Below, piece by piece: positions 44,687 to 52,889 of a DNA stretch of 52,889 nucleotides. The first letter of the stretch is position 1. The number at the start of each line of letters is the position of its first letter. The position numbers were made by a program, and so were the translations under genes. The notes below the pieces were generated by a model. The model was not told the DNA's origin. It worked only from the letters and a program-made list of their open reading frames with translations, and did no database searches. The DNA comes from Anaerolineales bacterium UBA832 (GTDB taxonomy: Bacteria > Chloroflexota > Anaerolineae > Anaerolineales > UBA11657), in NCBI GenBank assembly GCA_002296125.1, contig DBHI01000108.1, positions 1-52,889 of the forward strand, read 5' to 3'.

Positions 44687-45898
44687 TTATGTTGTGACTG
44701 AATCTTTAGTTGTTGTTTCTTTTGACAATCGATACATTATTAAGGGTGTTACCAGAGTCACAACTATTACTGTAACAACAGTAATAGAGAAAATTTCTTG
44801 ATTGATTATTTTATGGCTTAATCCGAGTGATGCTACTATAAGTCCGACTTCACCACGTGAAATCATACCGGCGCCAACTTGCAAAGAATCTTGAGTATTC
44901 ATGCCGCCCATCCTTGCACCCAGACTACATCCAATTAATTTGCTAAGTATTGCAACTATTATGATTGCTGCAGTGATCCATATTAAGTTACCAGATATGT
45001 CTCTAGCATTGCTTTGTAAACCTATATTTGCAAAGAAAATAGGTACAAACATACCATAAGCGATTGTTGACATTCCTTGTATTATGCGTTCATGTTGTTT
45101 AGTTTTACCAAGAAAAAGTCCTACGAGAAATGCACCTGTAATAGCAGCTACACCACCAATTACTTCTGCTGTCCAGGCATAAATTAATGTTATTACTAAT
45201 GTAAATAGATAAATACCTTGATAAATAGGCAATTTATCAATCCAATTAGTGATTCGAGGTATTAATAGCATTCCTATTGCTACACTAATTATGAAATAGC
45301 CTATCATTTGAAGCACAATAGTAGCTATTTGCGCAAAGCTAATTGCATTCGTGCTGGTAGCTAATGCGGTAAATATAGATAGACCTAATAAAACTAATAT
45401 GTCATCTATGACAGCTGCTCCCATCATAGTAATACCTACTTTACTACGCAACATTCCCATTTCCATTAATGTCTGAGCAGATATACTCACGCTAGTTGCT
45501 GCCATTATTAAACCAACAAATATTGCGGCATAAGTTGGCATGTTGAAAAGAATACATACTCCCCATACCATCAATAATGGTGTTATGACACCAAGAGTAC
45601 CTGCTAAGCTGGCTATTTTGCTTGATTCAATTAAATCGTCTATATGAAGATGCATCCCTGCAAGTAGCATTAGCAGAATGACTCCGAATTCTCCTAAATG
45701 GTTTACAAATTCTGGTAAATGGTGATCAGTAAATATTGACCAATGCATAACATCTAATAAAGTAGGTCCTAGTGCAATGCCTGCTAATAGTTCTCCTACT
45801 ACAGCTGGTTGCTTTAACTTTATAGACAGATAACCACCTGTTTTAGTGGAGATAATTATGATTGTTACTACTAATATAAATTGAAGAAAGTTGCTCAT
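44687..45898 (-). CDS. cation:proton antiporter (CPA2-type Na+/H+ or K+/H+ exchanger)
   Basis: About 12 TMs. N-terminus QPAVVGELLAGIALGP and the later ISRGEVGLIVA motif are typical of the Na_H_Exchanger family. Confidence 0.85.
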   Translation of the reverse strand: MSNFLQFILVVTIIIISTKTGGYLSIKLKQPAVVGELLAGIALGPTLLDVMHWSIFTDHHLPEFVNHLGEFGVILLMLLAGMHLHIDDLIESSKIASLAGTLGVITPLLMVWGVCILFNMPTYAAIFVGLIMAATSVSISAQTLMEMGMLRSKVGITMMGAAVIDDILVLLGLSIFTALATSTNAISFAQIATIVLQMIGYFIISVAIGMLLIPRITNWIDKLPIYQGIYLFTLVITLIYAWTAEVIGGVAAITGAFLVGLFLGKTKQHERIIQGMSTIAYGMFVPIFFANIGLQSNARDISGNLIWITAAIIIVAILSKLIGCSLGARMGGMNTQDSLQVGAGMISRGEVGLIVASLGLSHKIINQEIFSITVVTVIVVTLVTPLIMYRLSKETTTKDSVTT

Positions 45899-45967
45899 TG
45901 CCTTATTATGTTGTTTGTACTTATAATAATATTATACAAAGGTTCTAGTAAATGGATTTGGTTTTTT

Positions 45968-47389
45968 ATGAAGAAAATATTTCGAGGTGGAAGTATAGTC
46001 ACTGCAAATGGAATTCAAACTGCAGATTTGCTGATCATAGAAGACAAGATTGATTCTATAGGTACTGATTTGTATGATGATGAAGCTGAAATTATTGATT
46101 GTATAGGAATGATCATTATGCCTGGTGGTGTTGAACCCCATGCTCATTTTTCTCTTCCAATGTTTGATACTATTAGTTCAGATAACCACTATACTGGGCA
46201 TAGAGCTGCAGCATTTGGAGGTTCTACTACAGTATTGGATTTTACATCACAGTTGCCTGGCCAATCTTTGCAGGCATCTATTGCTAATTCCATTGATCAG
46301 GCTTCTAAAAGTGCTGCAGTAGATTATTCTTTTCATATAAATGTTACAGATTTTAATGCCGATATAGAAAAGGAGATAAGAACTCTGTCGTTACAAGGTT
46401 TTACAAGTCTTAAGGTTTTTACAGCCTATAATGATACTTTACGCCTTTTGGATGAAGAAATAATGAGCATTTTAGAAGTTGCTAGAGATCATGGTTTGGT
46501 AGTTATGATACACGCTGAAGATGGGGATGAAATTGAAAATTTGGTATCCAAAGCCTTGTCTGATCGGCATCATGAACCAATATGGCACGCTAGGACACGA
46601 CCTTCTCATGGCGAAGTTAATGCTGGAAAGCGAGTTATTGATATGGTAGAAGAGAGCGATGCAATCTTATATATTGTTCATATTTCTACAAGTGGACTGC
46701 TTAAACAATTAGTTTCTGGTAGAAGGAGAGGTGTGCGTGTAATGGGAGAAACGTGCCCACAATATCTTTTCTTTACTGAAGAAAATTTATTGCAGTCTGA
46801 TGGTGGTAAATACGTTTGCTCACCTCCTCTACGTAGCTTACAAGATAATACAGATTTATGGGAAGGATTATCTGATGGGAGTTTACAAACTGTTGGTACT
46901 GATCATTGTCCATTTTTTGCTAATGGCAAATTGCCAATTGAATATGATGGAGATCAGGTATCTATTCCCGGTAAAGAATTAGGAGACGATGATTTTACAA
47001 AGATACCTAATGGTTTACCTGTAATAGAACATAGGATGGCACTATTGTGGACATTTGGAGTGTCGACAGGAAAATTGTCTGTTGAACGATTTGTTGAATT
47101 AGTATCTACTAATCCTGCAAAAATATTTGGGTTATATCCTCGTAAAGGTGCTTTAATGCCAGGTTCAGATGCAGATATTGTATTATGGGATCCAAACAAA
47201 AAACATACTATATCTGTTAGAAGTTCCCACATGAGAACTGACCATGATTTGTGGGAAGGTGTTGAAGTGGAAGGCATGCCAAAACAAGTATATTTAAGAG
47301 GACGTTTGTTAGTCAAAAATAATAATTGGTTTGGACAACCCGGTTATGGACAGCTCTTGAAGAGAGACGGTGATTTTCAGTTTGTTTGA
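45968..47389 (+). CDS. dihydropyrimidinase / D-hydantoinase (cyclic amidohydrolase)
   Basis: PGGVEPHAHF metal motif, SLKVFTAY (carbamylated-Lys region), VMIHAED, GTDHCPF, and GSDADIVLWDP. The start is taken at ATG 45968 (MKKIFRGGSIV). Confidence 0.85.
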   Translation: MKKIFRGGSIVTANGIQTADLLIIEDKIDSIGTDLYDDEAEIIDCIGMIIMPGGVEPHAHFSLPMFDTISSDNHYTGHRAAAFGGSTTVLDFTSQLPGQSLQASIANSIDQASKSAAVDYSFHINVTDFNADIEKEIRTLSLQGFTSLKVFTAYNDTLRLLDEEIMSILEVARDHGLVVMIHAEDGDEIENLVSKALSDRHHEPIWHARTRPSHGEVNAGKRVIDMVEESDAILYIVHISTSGLLKQLVSGRRRGVRVMGETCPQYLFFTEENLLQSDGGKYVCSPPLRSLQDNTDLWEGLSDGSLQTVGTDHCPFFANGKLPIEYDGDQVSIPGKELGDDDFTKIPNGLPVIEHRMALLWTFGVSTGKLSVERFVELVSTNPAKIFGLYPRKGALMPGSDADIVLWDPNKKHTISVRSSHMRTDHDLWEGVEVEGMPKQVYLRGRLLVKNNNWFGQPGYGQLLKRDGDFQFV

Positions 47390-47427
47390 TGTTTTGTCTG
47401 TAATGTTAGGCGCATAATTATTAATTT

Positions 47428-47450
47428 GTTTGTGTCAAATTGACACAAAC
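47428..47450 (+). terminator. 10-bp perfect hairpin downstream of the dihydropyrimidinase gene (possible terminator)
   Basis: gtttgtgtca-aat-tgacacaaac at 47428-47450, followed by a T-rich but interrupted tract (ttatgttatcttaatttt). Confidence 0.35.
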
Positions 47451-47477
47451 TTATGTTATCTTAATTTTGTGTTTTTA

Positions 47478-47506
47478 TTGACGGCTTTTTCTTGCTATGG
47501 TATTAT
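47478..47506 (+). promoter_or_regulatory. candidate sigma70 promoter for infC-rpmI-rplT (TTGACG-17 nt-TATTAT)
   Basis: -35 TTGACG at 47478-47483, an exact 17-nt spacer, and -10 TATTAT at 47501-47506. Confidence 0.5.
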
Positions 47507-47570
47507 CGCAATCTACTTGGATAAGGTTTTTTCCGATTGTTATCTAAAGTAAAACATAAATTGAGTAAAT

Positions 47571-48155
47571 GTGTGTCTAAGGGAGATTACTATAACAAGA
47601 GTTACAAGCAGAAAAATAAATACTCGTTTTCGTAAACGCTCCGATCTTTTCAGAATTAATGAGAAAATTAAAGCACCTAATGTGCAATTAATAGGTCCTG
47701 ATGGAAACAATTATGGGGATATAGCATTAGATAAGGCCCTTGCAATTGCTAGGGAAGCCGATTTAGATTTAGTCGAGGTTTCACCTAATACTAAACCTCC
47801 GGTTTGTAGGGTGTTGGATTATGGTAAGTTTCTCTATGAGCGTTCCAAGAAGGAAAAAGAGGCGCGTAAATCTCAGAAACAAATTGAGATTAAAGAGATA
47901 AGACTACGGCCAAAGACAACTGCGCATCATAGGTCATTTAAGGTACGCGATGCACGTAGATGGCTTGAAAAAGGTATGAAAGTTAGAGTTAGGATCAGAT
48001 TTAGAGGTCGTGAAATTACTTTACCTGATATTGCTAGGGAGGATATGAGCGAGATTTATGAGGAACTTTCTGATATAGCTCATATGGAGTCTCCTCCAAG
48101 TATTGAGGGCAGAACTATGTTGATGGTTTTAGCTCCTGGAGCAGAAAAAAAATAA
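47571..48155 (+). CDS. infC: translation initiation factor IF-3
   Basis: RINEKIKAPNVQLIGPDG...LDLVEVSPNTKPPVCRVLDYGKFLYE...IRFRGREI is the IF-3 N and C domain sequence. Coordinates follow the GTG of the ORF track, but a non-canonical ATA at 47592 is better placed behind the AAGGGAG SD (see findings). Confidence 0.9.
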   Translation: MCLREITITRVTSRKINTRFRKRSDLFRINEKIKAPNVQLIGPDGNNYGDIALDKALAIAREADLDLVEVSPNTKPPVCRVLDYGKFLYERSKKEKEARKSQKQIEIKEIRLRPKTTAHHRSFKVRDARRWLEKGMKVRVRIRFRGREITLPDIAREDMSEIYEELSDIAHMESPPSIEGRTMLMVLAPGAEKK

Positions 48156-48208
48156 TTAATCACATCAAAATAGGATTTAGATTATAATAAGTTGTAGGTA
48201 CAAATATT

Positions 48209-48460
48209 ATGCCTAGAAAGAAAAAAGCAACAAAATATAAATTAAAAACACATAGAGCTACTGCAAAGAGGTTCAAATTAACAGGTTCAGGTAAGTTAGT
48301 GCGTACTAAGATTGGTAAAGGTCATTTGCGTCGTAATACTTCCAAGAGAACTAAACGAGTATTTAGCAAAATGATAGAAGTCGAATCTAAGGGTATTGGT
48401 AAGAGAGTTAGGAGATTGGCTCCTTACTTGCGGCGTCATAAATACAATCCACCATCTTGA
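48209..48460 (+). CDS. rpmI: 50S ribosomal protein L35
   Basis: The KLKTHRATAKRFKLTGSGKLVR motif and its position between infC and rplT. At 83 aa it is longer than the usual ~65 aa because of N- and C-terminal basic extensions. Confidence 0.9.
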   Translation: MPRKKKATKYKLKTHRATAKRFKLTGSGKLVRTKIGKGHLRRNTSKRTKRVFSKMIEVESKGIGKRVRRLAPYLRRHKYNPPS

Positions 48461-48483
48461 CATTAGATAAAAGAGGTTTTTAA

Positions 48484-48834
48484 ATGACTAGAGTAAAAAC
48501 AGGTCCTTATAGGCGACGTCGTCATCAGAAATTAATAAAAAGCATGCAGGGACAATTTGGTTCTCGTCATAGGTTGTGGCGTAGGGCGAATGAGTCAATG
48601 CTCAAAAGTAACTGGTATGCTTATCGTGATCGTAGAGTTCGCAGGAGAGAACTTAGAAAGCTATGGATTATAAGAATAAATGCTGCAGTACGTCGCCATG
48701 GTATAAAATATAGTGTATTTATGCACAAATTAGATAAGGCTAATATTCAGCTTAATAGAAAAACTCTTGCAGATTTAGCAGTAAGGGATCCTGAAGTATT
48801 TTCGGCTGTTGCAGATCTAGCTATTGAACAATAA
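48484..48834 (+). CDS. rplT: 50S ribosomal protein L20
   Basis: MTRVKTGPYRRRRHQKLIK...YAYRDRRVRRRELRKLWIIRINAA is the canonical L20 sequence. Confidence 0.92.
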   Translation: MTRVKTGPYRRRRHQKLIKSMQGQFGSRHRLWRRANESMLKSNWYAYRDRRVRRRELRKLWIIRINAAVRRHGIKYSVFMHKLDKANIQLNRKTLADLAVRDPEVFSAVADLAIEQ

Positions 48835-49018
48835 TCTAACAAATTTGAAAGACACTTAGATTAATAATTTATATGTAGGAATGTAGGTTGGTATTGTTTG
48901 AAAAAATTGTAACAAATATATCGCACGTTGGTGGACCTATTTGACCGTGCCTTTGATAATGAAAGGTCCCAAATGGGAATGAAGCTGACGGAAGTAAAAC
49001 GGAAAGGAGATATCCCCA

Positions 49019-50041
49019 ATGTCAAAAGTTTCTATTAAAAAATTACTTGAAACAGGTGTTCATTTTGGTCATCGTACTGGTAGATGGCATCCTAAAATGA
49101 AACCTTATATATTTACTGAACGTAATGGTATCCATGTAATTGATTTACAACAAACGATTGAACTAATAGAAGAATCATATAATTTGATTCGTGATAAAGT
49201 GGCGTCTGGAGGTGAGGTTTTATTTGTTGGTACAAAAAAGCAAGCCCAAGAAGCGGTGCAGAAAGAAGCTGAACGATGTGATATGCCTTATGTGAATAGA
49301 CGTTGGCTTGGAGGAATGATAACTAATTGGCGTACTATGAAAGAGAGAATCAATGAATTGGAACGACTAGAATCTGAAGAGGCATCCGGTGAATGGGATT
49401 CATTGAAGAAGAAAGAGAAATTAATGTTGAATCGTAAAATTGATAAGTTATTGTATAGACTTGGTGGCATAAGGTCAATGAAGGGTTTGCCTAGTTTGCT
49501 TTTTGTAGTTGACATTGGTAGGGAGATAGCTGCTATTAGAGAAGCTAAAATATTAGGAATTCCTGTTATTGCAATGGTAGATACTAATTGTGATCCTTCA
49601 TCAGTTGAATATGTGTTACCGGCTAATGATGATGCTATTCGTGCTATAAGGCTTGTAATATCGTATATGGCGGATGCCGTTATTGAGGGTATAAGTCTTA
49701 GGGCAGAAGATTTAGAAGCTGCAGGATATGAAATGGGATCATCTGATCAAACTGATAATCTCTCGGAATCTGATGAAGATTTGTTAGGTGCTTCTACTTT
49801 AGCAAAATTGAGCAGTGGAGAATTAGAATTTGCAGATTCTGATAATGATACTGACTCAGTACAAGGAGTACCTGCAAATGAGAATAGTAATAACAGTGAG
49901 GAAGAGATTGATGATGGAGATGGTACTAGTTCGGACGATCATGATGATGCAGGAGCTGTAGATGAAGAGGAATCTAAAGTAGAAGATGAAGTGACAGAAG
50001 TTGATAAAGTGCAATCATCTAAATCTGAATTGGAGGGATGA
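49019..50041 (+). CDS. rpsB: 30S ribosomal protein S2 with a long acidic C-terminal extension
   Basis: [28 protein letters not shown] and VDTNCDP form the S2 core (about aa 1-225). About 115 further residues are rich in D/E/S. Confidence 0.92.
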   Translation: MSKVSIKKLLETGVHFGHRTGRWHPKMKPYIFTERNGIHVIDLQQTIELIEESYNLIRDKVASGGEVLFVGTKKQAQEAVQKEAERCDMPYVNRRWLGGMITNWRTMKERINELERLESEEASGEWDSLKKKEKLMLNRKIDKLLYRLGGIRSMKGLPSLLFVVDIGREIAAIREAKILGIPVIAMVDTNCDPSSVEYVLPANDDAIRAIRLVISYMADAVIEGISLRAEDLEAAGYEMGSSDQTDNLSESDEDLLGASTLAKLSSGELEFADSDNDTDSVQGVPANENSNNSEEEIDDGDGTSSDDHDDAGAVDEEESKVEDEVTEVDKVQSSKSELEG

Positions 50042-50042
50042 A

Positions 50043-50636
50043 ATGAGTGTAAGTGCAAGTCAAGTTAAAGAATTGAGAATTGCAACTGGGGCTCCGATCC
50101 TTGATTGTAAAAAGGCTTTACTAGATAGTCAAGGAGATTTTGACCAGGCTGTTGATTGGTTACGTAAAAAAGGATTGTCAACTGCAGCAAAAAAATCTGG
50201 CAGAGATGCAAGTGAAGGTGTAATCGACTCCTATATTCATCAAGGGAATCGTGTAGGAGTAATTATAGAAGTCAATTGTGAAACAGATTTTGTTGCTCGA
50301 TCAGATGATTTTCTTTCTCTGGTTCACAATGTCCTTTTGCATATAGCTATGGCTAATCCAATATGTCTGGATAAAGATGATCTTCCAGAAGAATATTTGT
50401 CCAAAGAAGAAGAACTTTATCGTGAACAAGCCATAAAGGAAGGGAAGCCTGCGGATATTGTAGATAAGGTTGTGGCTGGAAAATTAGAAAAGTATTACAA
50501 ACAAGTATGTCTATTAAGACAACCATTTATTAAAGATGAAGACCAGACCATTCAGGATCTAGTCAATAATGCTATAGCTAAATTTGGCGAAAACATTATT
50601 GTTCATAGATTTGTGCGTTATGAGCTTGGCAAATAG
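50043..50636 (+). CDS. tsf: elongation factor Ts (short form)
   Basis: MSVSASQVKELRIATGAPILDCKKAL is the EF-Ts UBA-like N-terminus, and EVNCETDFVAR follows. GGAGGG lies 5 nt before ATG 50043. The start is one nt past the rpsB stop. Confidence 0.9.
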   Translation: MSVSASQVKELRIATGAPILDCKKALLDSQGDFDQAVDWLRKKGLSTAAKKSGRDASEGVIDSYIHQGNRVGVIIEVNCETDFVARSDDFLSLVHNVLLHIAMANPICLDKDDLPEEYLSKEEELYREQAIKEGKPADIVDKVVAGKLEKYYKQVCLLRQPFIKDEDQTIQDLVNNAIAKFGENIIVHRFVRYELGK

Positions 50637-50679
50637 ATTAAAATTGTATAACAATACTTTATTATAGAATTGACGATAT

Positions 50680-51399
50680 ATGCCTAAAACTTACAAGTTT
50701 AAACGTGTTTTGTTGAAGTTGGGAGGTGAGGCTCTCGCTGGTGTTGGTGGTTCTGGTATTGATCCTAAACAAGCTGATCTAGTATCGAATATTATTGCGG
50801 ATGTGGTTAGTCAAGGTACTGAAATAGCTGTAGTAGTTGGGGCTGGAAATTTGTGGCGTGGTTCCATAGGTACTCAGAATGGGATGGAGCGTACTATTGC
50901 AGATCATATGGGCATGCTTGCTACTGTGATGAATGCTATTGCTTTGCAGGATGCGCTTGAGAGAGCTGGAATATCCACTCGTGTGCAGACTGCAATAGAA
51001 ATTAAAGAAGTTGCTGAACCATATATATGGCGTCGAGCTGTCCGACATTTGGAAAAAGAACGTGTAGTGATTCTTGGGGGTGGAACTGGTAACCCTTATT
51101 TCACGACTGATACAGCAGGAGCGTTACGAGCAGTAGAAATTGATGCTGATATTTTGATTAAGGCTACCAAAGTGGATGGAGTTTATTCTACTGATCCAGA
51201 GCATAATGATAATGCTAAGAGATATGACAAGATTAGTTACATGGAAGCCATTAGTTTGCGTTTAAAGTTTATGGATAGTACTGCATTATCATTATGTATG
51301 GATAATGACATGCCTATTGCAGTAGTCAATTTGTGGCAAAAAGATAGTCTTCTAAAGGTAGTTAGAGGTGAAAAAGTTGGTACAATAGTATCGAAGTAA
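50680..51399 (+). CDS. pyrH: UMP kinase
   Basis: [37 protein letters not shown] and VDGVYSTDP are PyrH motifs. Confidence 0.92.
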   Translation: MPKTYKFKRVLLKLGGEALAGVGGSGIDPKQADLVSNIIADVVSQGTEIAVVVGAGNLWRGSIGTQNGMERTIADHMGMLATVMNAIALQDALERAGISTRVQTAIEIKEVAEPYIWRRAVRHLEKERVVILGGGTGNPYFTTDTAGALRAVEIDADILIKATKVDGVYSTDPEHNDNAKRYDKISYMEAISLRLKFMDSTALSLCMDNDMPIAVVNLWQKDSLLKVVRGEKVGTIVSK

Positions 51400-51472
51400 T
51401 AAATACCTTCATAGTTGTAAGATATTATATTTTTAGTGATTAAAAAATTAATAATTGATTTCAGAGGATATT

Positions 51473-52030
51473 ATGATAAAGGAATTAATGAATGATACAA
51501 AAGATCGAATGAAATCTTCAATTAACTCCCTTGAAAATGGTTTGGCAACTGTACGAACTGGTAGAGCTTCACCAGTACTGGTTGAGCAGTTGATGGTGAA
51601 TTATTATGATCAATTAACTCCATTAAATCAGTTGGCAACGATTGGTGTTCCGGAACCTCGTATGATTACGATTAAACCATTTGATAATAATACTATTGGC
51701 GAAATAGAAAAAAGTATAATGGCATCTGAGTTGGGTTTAACACCTACTAATGATGGAAAAATCATTAGATTGAGTATTCCACCTCTAACAGAGGATCGCA
51801 GGAAAGATTTGACTAAAGTAGTTAGCCAACGCGTCGAAGAGGCACGAGTATCTGTTCGTAATGCTCGTCGTGATGCACAGAATGACATGCGAGAGTTTCA
51901 GCGTGAAAATCTGATTTCTGAAGATGAATTAGAGCATGGACAGAAATTGCTTCAGGAATTGACTGATCAGTTTGTGAATGATATCAATGAATTAGGAGAA
52001 GATAAGAAAGAAGAAGTTATGCATGTATAA
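51473..52030 (+). CDS. frr: ribosome recycling factor
   Basis: LATVRTGRASPVLVE, PEPRMITIKPFD and IPPLTEDRRKDL. The start is taken at ATG 51473, behind AGAGGA. Confidence 0.92.
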   Translation: MIKELMNDTKDRMKSSINSLENGLATVRTGRASPVLVEQLMVNYYDQLTPLNQLATIGVPEPRMITIKPFDNNTIGEIEKSIMASELGLTPTNDGKIIRLSIPPLTEDRRKDLTKVVSQRVEEARVSVRNARRDAQNDMREFQRENLISEDELEHGQKLLQELTDQFVNDINELGEDKKEEVMHV

Positions 52031-52120
52031 TGGTTGTTATGAAAAGTTGAAGACAGCTGTGATTCGTTGATAAAAAACTTAATTTCATAGTGCAATGTTT
52101 GTAAATAATATATTTTAAAT

Positions 52121-52852
52121 ATGAATAAAAGCGAATCTACTGATTCGATTCAGATGATACCTAATCATGTTGCCATCATTATGGATGGTAATGGTCGCTG
52201 GGCGCAAAAGCGTGGCTTACCTAGATTAGCTGGTCATCGAGCAGGTACGGAAAACCTCAGAAAAATAATTGAAGAATGTATTAATTTAGATATAAAACAT
52301 CTGACTATTTATGCATTTTCAACTGAAAATTGGCACAGACCGATTGAAGAAGTTTCTGGTTTGATGGGGTTATTAGAAAATATGCTTGATAAGGAATTAG
52401 AATCTCTAGATAAAAATGGGGTGAGTATTAGACATTTGGGACATAGTTTTGGTATTCATGAAAGGCTTATGAATAAAATTGTTGATGCAGTTAACACTAC
52501 TCGTAACAATTCTACTTTGGTATTAAACGTGGCTTTTAACTATGGTGGTAGACATGAGCTTGTTCGAGCAGTGCAAAATATTATTGATGATGAATTATCT
52601 TCTCAAGAAGTTGATGAAGAGTTGATTAGTAATTATTTGGATACTTCTGGGCAACCAGATCCAGATTTAGTTATACGTACTAGCGGAGAATATCGTATTA
52701 GTAATTTTTTAGTATGGCAAAGTGCATATGCTGAATGGTACTTTACAACAAAGCTTTGGCCGGATTTTAATGAAGAGGAATTATATCGTGCACTTGTTTT
52801 TTTTAGTGGACGAGAACGTAGATTTGGCCAGATTTCTGATCAGATAAAGTGA
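52121..52852 (+). CDS. uppS: isoprenyl transferase (undecaprenyl-diphosphate synthase family)
   Basis: HVAIIMDGNGRWA, TIYAFSTENW, IRTSGEYRISNFLVWQSAYAE and RERRFG. Confidence 0.92.
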   Translation: MNKSESTDSIQMIPNHVAIIMDGNGRWAQKRGLPRLAGHRAGTENLRKIIEECINLDIKHLTIYAFSTENWHRPIEEVSGLMGLLENMLDKELESLDKNGVSIRHLGHSFGIHERLMNKIVDAVNTTRNNSTLVLNVAFNYGGRHELVRAVQNIIDDELSSQEVDEELISNYLDTSGQPDPDLVIRTSGEYRISNFLVWQSAYAEWYFTTKLWPDFNEEELYRALVFFSGRERRFGQISDQIK

Positions 52853-52889
52853 TGCTAAAAAAAAGACTTCTTACTGCAAGTGTATTGAT
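52852..52889 (+). CDS. cdsA: probable phosphatidate cytidylyltransferase, 5' fragment (runs off the window)
   Basis: ATG at 52852 overlaps the uppS stop (TGATG). MLKKRLLTASVLI resembles CdsA N-termini, and the conserved uppS-cdsA order supports the call. Only 12 codons are visible. Confidence 0.4.
   Translation, partial: MLKKRLLTASVL

Noticed and set aside
45881-45967. N-terminal extension of the dihydropyrimidinase ORF
   Set aside because: It would overlap the divergent antiporter start codon and promoter region and add a hydrophobic segment to a cytosolic enzyme. MKKIFRGGSIV at 45968 matches the usual hydantoinase N-terminus.
46954-47316. 120-aa minus-strand ORF
   Set aside because: It is antisense to the dihydropyrimidinase gene, which has clear amidohydrolase motifs. 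No SD and no recognisable motif.
50001-50042. Upstream TTG start for tsf overlapping the rpsB 3' end
   Set aside because: ATG 50043 is preceded by GGAGGG at ideal spacing and yields the conserved EF-Ts N-terminus MSVSASQVKELR.
1-52889. CRISPR arrays, IS elements, prophage or toxin-antitoxin modules
   Set aside because: Reading the intergenic regions on both strands showed no regularly spaced direct repeats. No transposase, integrase or recombinase-like ORFs and no long terminal inverted repeats were seen. The only notable repeats are the intragenic domain duplications and the single 19-bp palindrome.

Overview
AT-rich (about one-third G+C by eye), densely coding bacterial chromosomal segment with about 50 CDS and one tRNA. 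I saw no rRNA, CRISPR array, transposase or integrase. Left to right: (1) a translationally coupled trio of uncharacterised genes ending in a MoaD/ThiS-type ubiquitin-like protein whose C-terminus is GG plus two extra residues; (2) a secreted lipoprotein with two tandem domains and a HELYH metallopeptidase domain; (3) a direct-sulfhydrylation methionine cluster (aminotransferase, metY, CoA-binding protein, metA); (4) tRNA-Arg(TCT); (5) nnr; (6) a ytxG/ytxH-like pair; (7) an operon with an MBL hydrolase, cysteine desulfurase and mnmA; (8) a LysM lipoprotein resembling an M1 peptidase with lost catalytic residues; (9) a suhB-like gene, rtcB and asnS; (10) an envelope glycosylation locus holding a GT-C ArnT/PMT-like protein with three C-terminal repeats, a membrane-anchored cyclophilin, a GT2 polyprenyl-phosphate sugar synthase and a 1357-aa YfhO::MOP-flippase fusion; (11) a heterodimeric ABC exporter; (12) an overlapping NurA-like / unknown 211-aa / HerA-like cassette; (13) livHMGF with no binding-protein gene and a LivM carrying a ~370-aa N-terminal membrane extension; (14) a PLP-dependent dehydratase, a DUF360 protein, an AI-2E transporter, a P-II-like protein next to a cation/proton antiporter, and a dihydropyrimidinase; (15) the translation clusters infC-rpmI-rplT and rpsB-tsf-pyrH-frr-uppS-(cdsA). 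The best candidates for an undescribed system are the NurA-X-HerA triad, the two-gene GT2 plus YfhO::flippase glycosylation module, and the Ubl-terminated trio at the left edge. All family calls rest on motifs read by eye from the translations. No database search was run.
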